A DNA stretch of 55,785 bases, filler included, from Ionaspis alba (lineage: Eukaryota): assembly GCA_964255285.1 (NCBI GenBank). It is 4 parts of 4 records of this genome, joined end to end, with 100 filler letters (N's around TTAATTAATTAA, not from the genome) between each part and the next. Parts side by side here need not be neighbours in the genome. Positions count along the whole stretch, not along the records: positions 1 to 13,910 come from CAXUUL010000443.1; 3 more parts are not named here. One strand, 5' to 3'. The position numbers and the translations under genes were made by a program. The notes beneath the pieces were generated by a model that was given only the letters and a program-made list of their open reading frames with translations, searched no databases and was not told the DNA's origin. This document shows, piece by piece, positions 1 to 10,800 of the stretch (position 1 is the first letter of the stretch; each line of letters begins with the position of its first letter).

Positions 1-1080
1 ATTTAGAAAATCTACATCTTGCACCTCATCGCTGGTTGTACAGTTTTCTCAGTACTGTAGTTCGCTTTGGGACGGGGTGAGGTGGCACAGCCTATCCGAG
101 CGCTGGACGTTGCAAGCTAGCGAGTAGCATAATGGGATTTTTAGAGTTGATTGGTCCCTAGTCTGAGATATGTGCTGCTGTACTCTACATGGTGGCAGCG
201 ATGCCATCCCGCCGCTGCTACTCCACGTCGAATGCAGGGTTCTACACGGCCTGACCCGGGTCGCAAAATACTGTACCCTTCGGCATTATGATCAAGCGCC
301 CAGTACGCATCCGACACCCGCAATTGACCGCCAAGTCATTTAGGTCCGAGCGCTAGCGATACTACCACTGCAGCTCTTGCATACAATTTCACTTGAGCTG
401 CTGGGCCAGGGATCTGGGAAATCCTAAAAGTGTCTGCCTCGTGCTCATCACTGCCAACGATTGGGTTTCACATCCCTTCTTGGTCCGATGGATCGTCTTA
501 CCCGCCCTTGCTGGCCGGACTTCCACTTGGCCTAAAAGACTTCCAGCGTCTGGTACTTTGTACCCCGTATGTTCCCCACGCATGCGGCATCATATTATCC
601 TTCTGTTGGACTACTTTATTTTGGGTCGTGGATCTTGCATCACTCCTTCCTACCTTCTGTCAATCCTTCCTAGTCACGAAGATCACTGCAGTAGATGTTG
701 CTGGTTTTCGTGACTGGCCCGCTTCGGCCATTTGCCTGATCTGTTCGTGCTCAGCTCTCCCTACCTCTACTATCGGCGATAGATATCTGCCATGTTGACA
801 AGACTGACTCCAGGCCACCAAAGCCCATGTTATTGCCTTCTGCGTCCGGGCTTGCTTGCCTTCTCCACTGAGGAAAGACGGAGGTTCCGAGCCATGTATA
901 AAGGATGGCCCCCTTATTCTGTTCTTTTACTCATGCTCCTTCTCTGATATTACTTCTTATAATAGACTAAGTCTATCACTGCTATATTTCTGCTGCTTGT
1001 GACAACCTCAACACTGTATTTTAGCTCTTCTTATACACCCGTGACCCTTTTCTCCCTTTGCCCTTTCTTTTGCCAGAAGC

Positions 1081-1710
1081 ATGTCCACCCCCCACACAAG
1101 AGTCCCCTCAGCACACGGGAAGCCATCCACAGAGCATTCTTCCCAGCCGGGAATGGTAGAGAGGAGACTTTCACAGGCTGATAAAGGCCAGTCGACAAGA
1201 TATGCTGACCCAATTCAAGCTGGGTGAATGACTTCTACCATGACCTGATGCCCTATCCTTGACGCTGATCATATCAGGTCCAACTACAGCATCCCGACTT
1301 CTCTTCAGGCCATGCCACGCGGCTATACCAGCTCCGCTTCCCACCACAGTCATGACACCGAGCCCCACTCCCAAGCATACGAAGTGGCTTTTCAACATGC
1401 TGTCGCCGTATCTACCCCTTTCAGCGAGTCCTTGACGAGCAGCAACCTGGCCGAGTATACCCAAGCCACCTCTCAGTCTGTCTCAGGGCCTGGCATCGTT
1501 GGTGATCCTGATCATGAGCGCCTCGAGGCTCTCAAAGCCACTCTGATGCAGCTTAGTGTTGAGCTTGGTGTCGACCTTCCCGAGCATGTCGCCATAGAGA
1601 TGGCCAAGGACTACAACGGCATTACACCACTGCGAAGGTTCTTGGCTGAGAAAGGATACTGGTATCCTGGTCATACTACTTCATCTAATTCCACGGGACA
1701 AGTTTCTTGA
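1081..1710 (+). CDS. Orphan hypothetical protein, 2 exons (1081-1223, 1278-1710), ~191 aa
   Basis: ATG 1081. Intron 1224-1277 (GTGAAT...GCTGAT...CAG) joins exon 1 in frame (GG+G=Gly) to ORF 1312..1710. TATAAA at 897-902. No family recognised. Confidence 0.5.
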
Positions 1711-1921
1711 AGGATTGAAGGGGCGTCGGCCGAGGAGACTTTCGTGTTGCCTGAACTGCATGTTGTTTACAATTTATGTCTGACACTAATACTTACGATA
1801 GTCGAACATTATTTATGCTCACGATATACACAAGCGATGTTGTTCTTGATGTTCTTGTAATGTAAAGTAGCTCTTGAGTAACATACGTTCGTTGTAACGA
1901 AAAGGCTCGGCGAACTTTAAC

Positions 1922-2062
1922 AATGGTACACATTGCCAAAAGAGTCACCAAATGGTAGACATTGCCAAGAGTCACCATGAATGGAACAAATTGCCAAGAG
2001 TCACCATGAATGGAACAAATTGCCAAGAGTCACCAAATGGAACAAATTGCCAAGAGTCTCCA
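1922..2062. repeat. Minisatellite, 5 tandem copies of a 27-29 bp unit (AATGGAACAAATTGCCAAGAGTCACCA[TG])
   Basis: Copies at 1922, 1951, 1980, 2009 and 2036, abutting with no spacers. Confidence 0.95.
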
Positions 2063-2134
2063 TCTGCCACCAAATTGTCATGGTCACATGACTTATCCTA
2101 GAAATCTACGTTCGATCCCGCATTATTCAAAGCA

Positions 2135-3044
2135 TCACGTTCCTGTCATCCCAACGAAAATCGCCAAGTCAGCTGCATAAGCGGCTGTAATAGTCATTAC
2201 CTCTTGCTCCTTTGTCTTCGAAAACAATGCCACGAATATCGCAAAAAGGCAGGTACTTGTCGATACAGTAGTGAGAGTAATAACTTGCGATTTATGTAGA
2301 ACCATTAGGTGCATTGGTTCTATCACCGCGGCACCAAATAGTGCCAAGGCGATACGTTTGGTCGATTGCCACAGTCTTGCCTTCCAATTCACTCGAAATA
2401 CCTCCGGGTTCGCATAGTCGTCGGGTTCGAAGAGGTACTTTGCCACGGTAGCATTAGAAGCCGCGAATTATCGTAGCTTTATGCATTCATCATCTTGCTC
2501 TAGCAACAGCTGGTAGGTGGGGTCGCTCTTGTTCAATACATCTAGAAACTCGGTAGGTCTTCGCGAGCGCATCTTTCCCAAGTCCTGCACCGCACGCGCT
2601 AGATGCTGTCAGGTTTCCTCGAGATGCTAGATCGGATAACGGTCTTTCCAAGTCCTGCACCGCACGCGCTAGATGTTGTCAGGTTTCCTCGAGATGCTAG
2701 ACCGGATAACGGTCCTTACAGTGGCGTTGCAGCAGCTGGTTCAGACTTTCCATTTACACTCGCTCAAGCGCTGGATCGGTGATACGGTCATCAAAGCTCT
2801 CCGCTTCTCGTGCTAGCCTGTACTCGAGGTAGGAGATATTCAGACAAGCAAGGCGAGGAAAGCTCAGAACGGTTTTGCGATCCGTCATGTCGCAAAGCTC
2901 CTCTTTCGTTAGGGCCTGGATGACTCGGACGAAGTGCTCATCGTAGTTCTTTTGATATTCGCTCTGGGAAACGAGAGGCTGCTTTAGATGTGTAGGGTCG
3001 TTAGAGCTGATACTGAAGCCCTTCTCAAGATCTGTTGCAGCCAT
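2135..3044 (-). pseudogene. DUF6594-like membrane protein pseudogene (3 C-terminal TM helices)
   Basis: ATG 3044 (MAATDLEKG); motif LSFPRLACLNISYLEYRL; intron donor at 2719; C-terminus RIALALFGAAVIEPM...TITAAYAADLAIFVG typical of DUF6594. Exons 3044-2720 and 2598-2135 total 263 codons, interrupted by in-frame TAA at 2756-2754 and 2470-2468. Confidence 0.7.
2572..2714. repeat. 70-bp direct tandem duplication spanning most of the intron, the branch site, the 3' splice site and the exon start of the DUF6594-like gene
   Basis: TCTTTCC(C)AAGTCCTGCACCGCACGCGCTAGATG(C/T)TGTCAGGTTTCCTCGAGATGCTAGA(T/C)CGGATAACGGTC occurs twice with period 70. Confidence 0.95.
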
Positions 3045-3378
3045 GTCTTCTTGCAACCATTATAGTGCCTTCAACTGCGATGAAAGATGATCTGTTCATC
3101 AATATGTAAGGCATGACTTAGAAGTCATCCTTGACTTTATATAGTATGATTTTAGCCTCCTCTGGATAAGAGGAATAGCAAGACGTGGTGGAGACAGCCA
3201 AGCTAAAACAATGAGGCAGGTGATACGGCCGTTAGCTGCCATACCCATTGGGCGCCTTTACACTTCATCCATCGTGTACTTCAGCCACTCTGACCAGCAT
3301 TTTGTGGAAGTTGGAAGCGCTGTTTATATTAGAATCTGGGCGAGAATGAAGTCTGATCTTGGCACTGATGACTCCCAC

Positions 3379-3417
3379 TTCCGTTTCGGGTGCATCCTGG
3401 ATGCACCCAAAACGGAA
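3379..3417. repeat. Near-perfect 39-bp palindrome in a divergent promoter
   Basis: TTCCGTTTCGGGTGCATCC-T-GGATGCACCCAAAACGGAA: 19-bp arms, 1 mismatch, 1-nt spacer. Confidence 0.9.
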
Positions 3418-3681
3418 TAGCGTATATCCAAGTTTTTGAACTCTGCTTGTCTAGGCTTGCCCTATCCGTTCCGGATCTAGCCAGATCGGTCCTGCATCAC
3501 TAGCGTGAGGCGTCACCTTCTCCGACCGCAATTAGCCTTGTGCGCCGTGCGACGACAGACCAATAATACGAGCTCCTGATGCACACCTAAATGTACCATT
3601 GCATACAGCTTCCTTCTTCAGGAACATGTCTCGTCTCTTCTCGACCAGATCACCATATCATCAACATCCTAAGCTGCCGCC

Positions 3682-6600
3682 ATGAGTTTTGGCTTCAGCA
3701 TTGGCGACCTTATCACGGTTTCGACCCTTGCGTGGCAGATCTACAAATCATGCAAGGACTCTTCGGACGATTTCAAGAACCTTTCTAGCGATGTGGCATC
3801 TCTGCATATTGTTCTGAAGGAGTCGCTCGAGCATATCCAGGAGCAAGATCTTGACGTTGAGCGCAAGGAATCGTTGGTAGCTGTGGGAAAGAGCTGTCAA
3901 GACGTCCTTAAGGATATTGAATCCAAGCTGGAGAAGTATGACAGTCTGGGGACGCAAAGTCAGCGCACGTGGGACCGAATGAGATTTGGGCTGGAAGATA
4001 TATCTGGCCTGAGAGATCGACTTGTTTGCTCCACCACCATGCTCTCAGGCATCAACTCGGCCATTAGCAGGTATATGTCACTGGTTCTTGACTTTTCGTG
4101 AAGATGCTAACTTTCTCTGTAGCTCGTCTCAAGCACGAGTCGAGAAGAAGTTGGACAAGTTTCTGGCAGAGATACGAGCAGGGAAACGCGAAGGCTCGAT
4201 TGTCTCTATTGAAACCATTGAATCTCTATCCTCGGAGGACAAAGATGCCTGGAGGCAACTGCGTGCAGAGCTGGAAGACATTGGCATCGGAGCATCACTC
4301 TTTTTGCAGCACCACGCCTTCATAGTGTACTGGTTTCAACTCGCTCTCCGAAACGGTGCTTTCAACGAAGTGGCCATTGAAGACGCGACGACTATCGAAA
4401 AAGCAGCCATCGAAGCATCACCGAAACCAATAGCCCTACTAGAAAATGCACCACAATACCCACGAGAACTCATCCGCCAAGAGACGTTCGAGCAGTCTTC
4501 TCCGAGGAAACGAAATGTATTGCAACGAGCTATGCAAGGTGTCAGTGGCAGGTTTTCGATCGGCTCGAGGCCAGAGGGTCAAAGATTGTCCACGAACGCA
4601 TCTGTAGTTTCAGATATCGCGGAGGGTCATCGCCTGCTCTCGAAGAGGAGTAATGCTAATATAGCAGCTCTTTCACAGAGGTCGGATGCTCCGGAACGTA
4701 TAGAACCGAAGGGATTATCATGGAAGAGGAGTAGTCCAAGGCTAGCAGCCATCTCTCAAAAGATGGAACCGCCAGAACACGTCGAAGAGGCAAAGCGACT
4801 GTCATCGAGGAGAAGTCTCGCTAGGTTGCGTGCTAAGACTTCTATCTTAGCTCTTGACAAACGGCCACCACTACCAACGGCCAAAGGTCATGCTAGGAGC
4901 CAGTCGCTTGGAGATGGACCGGGCACTTTGGATCAAAAACCAGTTTCCTCGCCTACCGGAGATCGCCGCAGCATTACTAAACTCCTTCCGTTGCGTACGG
5001 CGACAACTTCAGACGTGTCTCGCAGTATTTTTCGACCGTCAGCTCGTCCTACGTCAGAGCATTCGCCGTTTCAGCCACGACCTTCGTCAAACAACTTCCC
5101 TGATAGTCCGCGTGCGAGTATACCATACTATCACAGAGGTAGTTGGACTCCATCGCATCAGGAAGCTTATGATAGACATGAAGCCACGATCAAAAACCTC
5201 TACTATCAGAGAAGTGCTGCTGAGGAAGCGCAGATTGGTCATGCGAGAAGGTCGCTAAAATTAGGTGGCAGACCAGCCATCGATCGCATCGCACCCTCTT
5301 TTGACAGATTGGCATCCTCTGGTATGGAGATCTCGATTCCGAGTCCCTCGCGCGAGAGTGCTCCGGTTCTTCACGAGGATGATTTGGAAGACGTTGACAA
5401 TCAAGATCTCGAGAATATGACCACCAGCTTTCATGAGGATCGACACAGACCAACCTCAGACCTGCTTCCTGCCTCATATCACGATCTCCATTCGTCCTCG
5501 AGAAAGACTAACCTTTCACGCAAGCAGCAGCAGACAGCGAGGGCCAGCTCAGATAATCTTCTGGACCAGAAATTGGCAAAGCGCCGAGACACTGATTTCA
5601 GAACGGTCGAGAATTCTAGGAGGAATGACCAAGAAAAAGCATCTCGTCCGCCTATGCCCAAACTCGAGACACCACTCTATAGTTCGAATCCTCTTGAGGG
5701 TCTACAAGCCAGTAATTCTGGATCAAAAGACGTCAACTCCCTAACAGAGCTAGAAAACATCGAAATAGTACAGAGACTCATGGAAAACGGTCGTTCCGTT
5801 GACTTCTGTGACAATCACGACTCCACACCTTTGCACAAAGCATGTCAATATGGTCAAACCCAGTTCCTACGCTTTCTCATAGAGAATGGAGCCGACGTTC
5901 GTTTAAAGAACAGCTTCGGTCAGACTCCCTTAGATATCGCAGTGGGAGAGATGGATTCGAAGACGACACATGCTCTACTCGATAGCATTCCCGCCTCGTC
6001 GATACGCGAGATCTGGGATTCTACAGTCCTTCATACTGCTCTAAAGCGACGAGACGTTATCATGGCGTCGTTGTTGATACGTCACGGAGCTGACGTCAAT
6101 AGGCGGGATTTCAACGGTTTGACAGCGCTCCACATTGCGGCATCAGGACGACCGACTGGAACTCTCATAGTGCCGTTAGTGCAAGCCGGAGCAGATGTCA
6201 ATGCTTCAGCCGCAATTGGTGGAACGCCAATGCACAAAGCCGCCGCAAGCGGATATACGAAGGCTATACAGCTGCTTCTTGATAATGGAGGAATGATTAA
6301 CTCGTTGGATTCAAGTGGTCAGACGCCACTTCATCGGGCAGCCGAGCTTGGCAAACTCAAAACCTTGAGGCTCTTAGTTGAGAATGGTGCTGATGTATCT
6401 GCATGCACACCAGCAGGAATGAGTCCACTCCACATAGCTGCGTTGTGTGGGCACAGCGCTGTCGTACAGTTCTTGATCTGGAAACGAGCCACTATCAATG
6501 CTTTGACTACCGAGAACCTCACACCCCTTGACCTTGCGATCCGAGCTGGTAACAAGGACACAGTTATGGTCTTGCTTGGAAAGGGTGCCAAAGTAGTGGA

Positions 6601-6841
6601 CTGTTCCAAGTCCCTCATGGATGCCATTGCTGGCACTGTGGAGGTCAATGTTGTCAATGGTTCTGCTCATGACGAATCCTTACAGAGTCCTAGCAATGAG
6701 AGAATCAGTCAAAGTACTGGATTAGATGACAATCCTTCTGGAACTGATCTCTTATGTAAGAAGAACATTGGTGTGGATCAAGATAGTGTATCCGCTATTC
6801 CAGCAGTGCCTACATCCACGTCCACAATGGCAGAGGCCTGA
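3682..6841 (+). CDS. NLR-like protein: N-terminal HeLo-like (fungal STAND N-terminal) domain, long disordered linker, ~8 ankyrin repeats
   Basis: Exon 1 3682-4070 MSFGFSIGDLITVSTLAWQIYKSCK...WDRMRFG. Intron 4071-4122 (GTATAT..GCTAAC..TAG). Exon 2 runs to stop at 6841 with TPLH/TALH/TPLD ankyrin repeats at about 5730-6600. Confidence 0.85.
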
Positions 6842-7858
6842 GTCAAGTCTCAGACAAGCTCGGAGCCTATTTGGTCTTTCTATGTAAAGGCCGACATACC
6901 TCTTTGCCAACCATGACTCGCCGTTACGAATTACTGCTGCTGTCTTCTACCTATTCGAAGCAAAGGGAAGCTCCAGCTCGCGCATGGAAATCAGCATGTT
7001 CATAATGAAAGCATGGCTTGAGGAGCACAAGCACGAGATACTCATTTGATACTCCCAGAAGATGGGAAGATGCGGCCTCGAACTTGTGTCCTGTGTTTCA
7101 AGCTCGGAACCGGACCAGAGCCTCTGCTTGCAGCTTTGCCACATTGGTCTTAGCGACGTCGTTCTTAGGACATGAGAGTGCCTACAACCGTCTTCCTCGT
7201 TGCTCCTGCTCAGCTATAACTAAGATACTGGGCACTTCGGCTGCGACCGTTGAACGACAATCCCGTGATGTGTAGGAGGTGGCTCTAGCTACTTTCTCCG
7301 ACGACAAGAACATGAGCCTTGCACCACTGATTGGTATTGTTTCACATACTCGATTGCTTGCGCACTAGAATCCTGTCATTTTATCGACCATTGGTACTGG
7401 GAGCCCACATAGCAGTGGTCCTCTTCTAGTCGAGCTCTACGTCTGTGTTTCCCAAGAAGGAACAGAATATAAGCCTGCATTTTCGAAATGTGGGTCTGTG
7501 TCCTTAGAATCGTGTTTTCCCGCACGGATTCACAGCGCTCACCTCATTTGCCCACAGCTTCTATAGACTTGCTTGATGTTCAACAATAGAGTAGGATGCC
7601 AGTCAGGCATCGATTCACGCATTATCCCTGCAAGATAGTCAGTACCGCTATTGCTAGACGTTCACAAATCCAATCAAGTTATTGAAATCCAGTCACAGAA
7701 TCCATAATTACGGCGCAGAAAATATATTTTGGATTCTTAACGCTGTACTGCAACACCCAGCCAGCTTGTGATACCCACAAAATCCATATACAGCCATAGG
7801 TCATCATCAGCATATCAACCACAACATGCCATATCTACATCTCACTCGCCATCTCCAC

Positions 7859-10800
7859 TCATTTCCCTCCATCCTCCTTCCCTTCTAATTTCTTCACAAA
7901 CTCTGTCGCCCTTGCCTTCACTCCCTCCACACTCTTCGCATCCCCCTCTCTCTCCTCGAACTCCAACCACCTTTTGAAGAAGAATTTCGCCTTCTTCGCT
8001 TTCAACTTTCCACCCGTCACTCTTCTAAAAAGCCTTCTCACTTGCTCCTTATCCCCAGCCTTGATCTCCAGATCCAGTAGCACATTCCATAGATCTAGTC
8101 GTTTAGGGAACGTACTCAGCAATCCCTCGAAGATAGTCCGACCACGCTCTGCATCGCCGTTCGGGGAGCGAAACTCTAAGTACGCGAATTTGGACGTCAG
8201 ATCGAGGTGAGTGTGTTTAGGCAGGGATTGCAGAGCTCGGGGAAGGAGGTCGCGGGCGCGCTGAGGGGCAGCGAGGGTGTCGAAGAGGAAGGTTGCGTAG
8301 TTGAGCCAGATCTTTGGGTCTTGGGAGAATTTCTTGGTCATGGTTTGTAGAAGAGTGTCTGCTTTCTAAGAGGACGTCAGTTTACCGAATGACAGACAAG
8401 GAGTTCCCGGTAGAGACTACTCACCTCGTTCTTCCCAGATTGAATGTAGATACTCGTGAGACGGCTGTGTATCTCTTCCGGATCGTTAAACTCGCAAGCA
8501 CGCTTGAAAACTTCCTCGAGGGTTTCGTCGCTGCCGTAGGTATTCTCGAGGTTCAGGAATGCTACCCAGACGTTCAAACGCTCGCTGTCAGTGTCTCTAC
8601 CTTGGACAATTGTTCTGATGGCTCTTTCGGCGACTTCTCGCGCTTTTGTGACTTCGCTTAGCTGTAGCTGGAAGGCCATGTAGCTGAGCCAGAGATAGGA
8701 GGAGTTGGGTTCACCCATTAGTAGCCGCTCGAAGTCGGCGACTGACTGCGGGCCATTGGCGTCGAGATCTCCCGTTCTGTCGACCTTGATTTCAGCTTTC
8801 CTGCGTTTTTTCTTCTTCGGCTGAACGTTCTCTGCATCTGTGTCTGACTGTACGTCCTTACTGCCTCCATTCGCCAGACCCCCGGTCCAGTCGAAACCGC
8901 CAGTACTGAGACCTTTGCCATTCGATGGCAACTTTACACCTCCATGGGTGCTCGACTCGTCGCCACTTTTAGAATCATCCTTGTCCCCCATGTTGAGATC
9001 GCTGTCTATATCTTGTACATTCTCGAGATTGACATCCGGCGCTTCCTCCTCGTCCTTATCAGATCCTTCATTGCTGTTACCCCCAAGCTGCACACCCTCC
9101 ATGCCATCGGTATCCTCGTCATCACTGTCTGCGACGTCTTGCTCAACATCAAAGTACGAGGCCTTCAATCCCAGAGATATTCGCCGTTTGTCCAAGTCGA
9201 CTTTGAGAACTTTTGCCTTCACAATGTCTCCTTCGTCGTACAATTTTCGGACGTCGGCAACCCTCTCCTCCGCCATCTCACTGCGATGACAGAGCCCACT
9301 GACGTTGGCGGAGTCGTCAACCACAATAAAGACCCCGAAATCTTCAACTTTGCGAACCTTGCCGGTAACAATCTGACCTACCCGCATGTCGGCATACGTC
9401 AAAGGAGCTTTGTAGTTCTTGTCGAGCACAGACTTCTTAAGGCTCATCTGCACATGGTGGATCAAAGGATCCACGGCTAGAATCTTCCCTTGCACTAGCT
9501 GGTCTATCTCGAAATGCGATTTCCAGTCTTTCAGGAACAAATCGGAAAGATCGGAGACTCGAACAAAGGCCGTAACATTGCTGGCTAACGTTACGAAGAG
9601 ACCGTTGTCAGCGACATGCTTAATAAATCCGCGCACAACGTCGTTGACCTTGAGTTGTGATACAGAAGTGATTTCTCGATCCTCAACCCGCAGGGACGAG
9701 CTTAATATCCTTGACGGGCGGGTTGAGAGAATGATTTTCTTATTGGGTATGTCTAGGTCGACTACGCAGACCCTCACCGTCTGGTTCTTTTCATAGACTG
9801 TTGGATTCGCCTGGGAGTAGTCGTCGGCCAGATCAATGAGATGTACTGGTGCCGATAGGTTTTCATTCAACTGAACCATAATAAGTCGCTCGGTAACCTT
9901 TGTGATACGCCCTGGTAATACCATACCCTTGGAAAGGTCTTTCAATGTCAACGCTGCAGAGGAGCTGCCAGATCTGCCGGACAGGTCTAACCGGTTGTTC
10001 GTCACGTCCACGTTGAGTACTCGAGCTCTAATAGCGGAGCCGACAGGAAAGTTCTTTGCAAGGTCGGCGAGAAGAGAAACATCATCTGAGACATCCAAGG
10101 CTCTGATCCGTCCTCGGACGTTTGGAGATATATTGACCCAGATACAGTCATCGGTTATATTGTTTACAAACGACAACCAACTGGAACCAACTTTGACTTT
10201 ATCTAGTGTAAGCACGTCTAGGTCATCCTTGGTCAGATTCGACGGTTTTGCTGAAAGTTCAAAGACAGGAGCTTTGCCACTGTGAGTAATGGGAAGGAAG
10301 CGATGGTTCCTAGAATCGTGTACGCCAAGTATACGGACTGGTAGAATCTGTTTCGGGCTGAAAGTCTTCAGAGGGTGCTTGCGATCTTTGATGTCCTCCC
10401 AAGTGTCGAATACCTCAGACACGTCGATTCGGCCTTGAACATCATCGGCAAGTTGCACGTTGAGCTGGGTTTCCTTGACAGAGATGATCTTCGCCTTTGT
10501 TGTCTTGCCCAGAGTAAAATCGTCGATGGAAGTCGCAGCTTCATCAGCAGGATTCGATAGACTTCGGTTAAAAGGAATGTCGTCCAACTTCTTGGCACTC
10601 TCGGTATGCCGGGACGGTATGGGCTTTTGGGTAAGGAGAAAGCGTTGCTGACCATGATCCACGGAGAGGACCTTGGCAGTTATCGACTGGTTTCTTCGCA
10701 TGCCAAAGTCGGGTAGTCGAACAGCATCATCTGGGAGGTGATTTTTCAGCAGTAAGGCCGTCACATCTCCAGCAAAATTGACAAATACCCCACTCAAGGT

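Noticed and set aside
141..800. Overlapping short ORFs at the window start
   Set aside because: Non-ATG starts, no recognisable domain and no consistent splice structure.
1922..2062. CRISPR-like array (repeat length ~28 bp)
   Set aside because: Units abut with no unique spacers, there are no cas genes, and the sequence is eukaryotic.
6947..7330. Short ORFs downstream of the ANK gene (AWLEEHKHEIL, faintly Clr5-like)
   Set aside because: Similarity too short, interrupted by stops, and no supporting gene structure.
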